Shown here: one piece after another, positions 23,579 to 25,322 of the stretch
How the letters are laid out: the number at the start of each line of letters is the position of its first letter
Position numbering within the stretch: position 1 is the first letter of the stretch
Assembly: GCA_040386535.1 (NCBI GenBank)
Contig: JAZKFH010000008.1
Location: 43,646-68,967 of the forward strand
Source of the DNA: Myxococcota bacterium
Lineage (GTDB): Bacteria; Myxococcota_A; UBA796; SXON01
Direction of reading: 5' to 3'
DNA length: 25,322 nucleotides
Made by a program: the position numbers and the translations under genes
Notes under the pieces: model-generated
What the model saw: the letters and a program-made list of their open reading frames with translations, nothing else
Told to the model about the DNA's origin: nothing
Databases searched by the model: none

Positions 23579-25322
23579 CTACGAGCAGATCCCGAGCGTG
23601 CAGGTGAAGATCGCCGTCGCGCCGTACCCGTAGCTGCCGTCGTGCCCGCCGGTCCCGTCGTAGTAGTTCACGTCGTCGGGGCTGTTGTCGGAGGTCCCGT
23701 TGAAGTCGCACGTCAAGGCCGCGAAGAAGCCGTCTTCGTGGTCGATGTAGACGCCGCCGCCGAGGCCCGTCGCGGTGTTTCCGTAGATCCCGCCGTTGGT
23801 GCAGGTCCCGCTGCCGGTGTCCATCCAGATGCCACCGCCGTCGGTCGCGTCGTTGTCGTAGACCAGCGAGGTGTCGAGGACGAGCGTGCCGCTGTCGAGG
23901 TAGATGCCGCCGCCCTCGCTGGTCGCCAGGTTCTCGTAGACGGTGGAGTCCTCGAGCGTCACCTCGCCCACGGTCTGCACGAAGATGCCGCCGCCGTCCG
24001 TCGCGGCGTTCGACCAGATCGACGAGCCGTTGGTGAGCTGGAGGAACGCCGACGCCGCGACGTAGGCGCCACCGCCGTCCGTCCCGTCGTTGTCGTGGAC
24101 CGTGGTGCCGTCGAGCAGGACCCACGCCGAGGACATCGCCGCGATGCCGCCGCCCTTCGTGGCGGTGTTTCCATCCACCACGCAGTCGATCAGGGTGGCC
24201 GTGGGCGCGGCGCCGCTCGTGGCGGTGACGAACACGCCGCCGCCCTCGCCCGACGACCCCGTTCCGCCGCGGATCGTGAGCCCGTCGAGCGTCACGCTGC
24301 CGTTGGTGATGCTCACGGTCGGCGTGCTGGCCGTGGGGTTGTCGATGATGGTGCTGCCGGCGCCGTAGTAGCCGATGACCGACACGGTATCGAGGCTGCC
24401 GGTGAGGCGGGTGTTGTAGGTGCCGGAGCAGAAGTAGTACGTGCCGGTCGGGTCCAGGGCGGTGGAAGCGGAGACCGTGACGGCGCTGTTGACCCCGCCC
24501 GTCGAGACCTTGGTGACCAGGTTGTTCTCCGACGCGGAGGTCCAGGTGCCCGAGGTGGTGCAGTTGTTGTACTGCCCGTCGCAGTACTCGGTCGCGCCCG
24601 GGTAGACGTACCCGTCGGCGTCGTCACAGTCGGACGCGTTGGTGACGCCCGAGGTGATCGAGCAGTCACCGGTCCCGGTGCCGTAGGTGTCGGCGTCGGC
24701 GTCCGTGTAGTAGACCGTCACGCCGTCATCCGCGGCGCCGTCGCAGTCGTCGTCGACGTCGTTGCAGGCCTCCGTGGCCGTCGGGTAGATGCTCGAGCTT
24801 GCGTCGTTGCAGTCCGTGGAGACCGGCGCGCCGGTGCCGGTCGTGCAGTTCGTCGTCGAGCCGTCGACCACCACGGTGGTGCCGTAGTTGTCGTTGTCGG
24901 CGTCGGTGTAGCAGGAGTCGACGCCGTCGCAGTCCTCGTCGTCGCCGTTCGCGACGGTCTCCGAGGCGCCCGGGTAGTCGCTGCTGCTCGTGTCGTCGCA
25001 GTCGGTGGACACGGCCGCGCCGGTGCCGGCGACACAATCGAGCGTCGAGCCGTCGACCACGACGGTGGTGCCGTAGCCGTCGTTGTCGCTGTCGGTGTAG
25101 CAGGAGTCGACGCCGTCGCAGTCCTCGTCGTCGCCGTTCGCGACGGTCTCGGTGGCGCCGGGGTAGTCGCTGCTGCTCGTGTCGTCACAGTCGGTGGCGA
25201 CGGCGGCGCCGGTGCCGGCGACACAATCGAGCGTCGAACCGTCGACGACGACGGTGGTGCCGTACCCGTCGTTGTCGCTGTCGGTGTAGCAGGAGTCGAC
25301 GCCGTCGCAGTCCTCGTCGTCG
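23579..25322 (-). CDS. MopE-repeat/beta-helix surface protein, paralog of 19089..21869 (5' end beyond window)
   Basis: Frame stays open from 25060 to the window edge; YVYPGATE.CDG..NNCTT.GTWTSA and GTY.FC.GTY shared with the paralog; GGG beta-helix repeats. Confidence 0.85.
   Translation of the reverse strand, partial: DDEDCDGVDSCYTDSDNDGYGTTVVVDGSTLDCVAGTGAAVATDCDDTSSSDYPGATETVANGDDEDCDGVDSCYTDSDNDGYGTTVVVDGSTLDCVAGTGAAVSTDCDDTSSSDYPGASETVANGDDEDCDGVDSCYTDADNDNYGTTVVVDGSTTNCTTGTGAPVSTDCNDASSSIYPTATEACNDVDDDCDGAADDGVTVYYTDADADTYGTGTGDCSITSGVTNASDCDDADGYVYPGATEYCDGQYNNCTTSGTWTSASENNLVTKVSTGGVNSAVTVSASTALDPTGTYYFCSGTYNTRLTGSLDTVSVIGYYGAGSTIIDNPTASTPTVSITNGSVTLDGLTIRGGTGSSGEGGGVFVTATSGAAPTATLIDCVVDGNTATKGGGIAAMSSAWVLLDGTTVHDNDGTDGGGAYVAASAFLQLTNGSSIWSNAATDGGGIFVQTVGEVTLEDSTVYENLATSEGGGIYLDSGTLVLDTSLVYDNDATDGGGIWMDTGSGTCTNGGIYGNTATGLGGGVYIDHEDGFFAALTCDFNGTSDNSPDDVNYYDGTGGHDGSYGYGATAIFTCTLGICS
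24780..25322 (-). repeat. Intragenic 189-nt (63-aa) tandem repeat, at least 3 copies
   Basis: GCAGGAGTCGACGCCGTCGCAGTCCTCGTCGTCG starts at 24911, 25100 and 25289 (189-nt period). Confidence 0.9.

Noticed and set aside
24780..25322. CRISPR or non-coding repeat array
   Set aside because: The period is 189 nt, in frame, and encodes protein repeats

Overview
High-GC bacterial chromosomal segment, most consistent with a Myxococcota-like (deltaproteobacterial) organism. This is inferred from a MYXO-CTERM-like tail, MopE-like Asp/Cys repeat proteins and a membrane Ser/Thr kinase. About 22 densely packed CDSs: DUF488; a hypothetical; two paralogous secreted TonB-C-domain proteins flanking an HEXXH lipoprotein; a Zn-ribbon/TerB-like + MoxR + DUF58 + membrane protein operon; a probable outer-membrane barrel with a small partner; a DnaD-like + DnaC/IstB-like ATPase pair; pspA + a large GT-C glycosyltransferase; a PKD/MYXO-CTERM protein + TIGR02757-like Fe-S protein; a membrane protein; an SRPBCC protein; and two MopE-repeat/beta-helix surface proteins flanking a Ser/Thr kinase. 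No rRNA, tRNA, CRISPR or intact mobile element was seen. Most notable: a 13-nt GTGAGGAG tandem repeat forming a chain of overlapping mini-ORFs into moxR, a candidate DnaD-like/DnaC-like helicase-loading module, and anchorless Cys-paired TonB-C proteins. All family calls are by motif recognition; no database searches were run.
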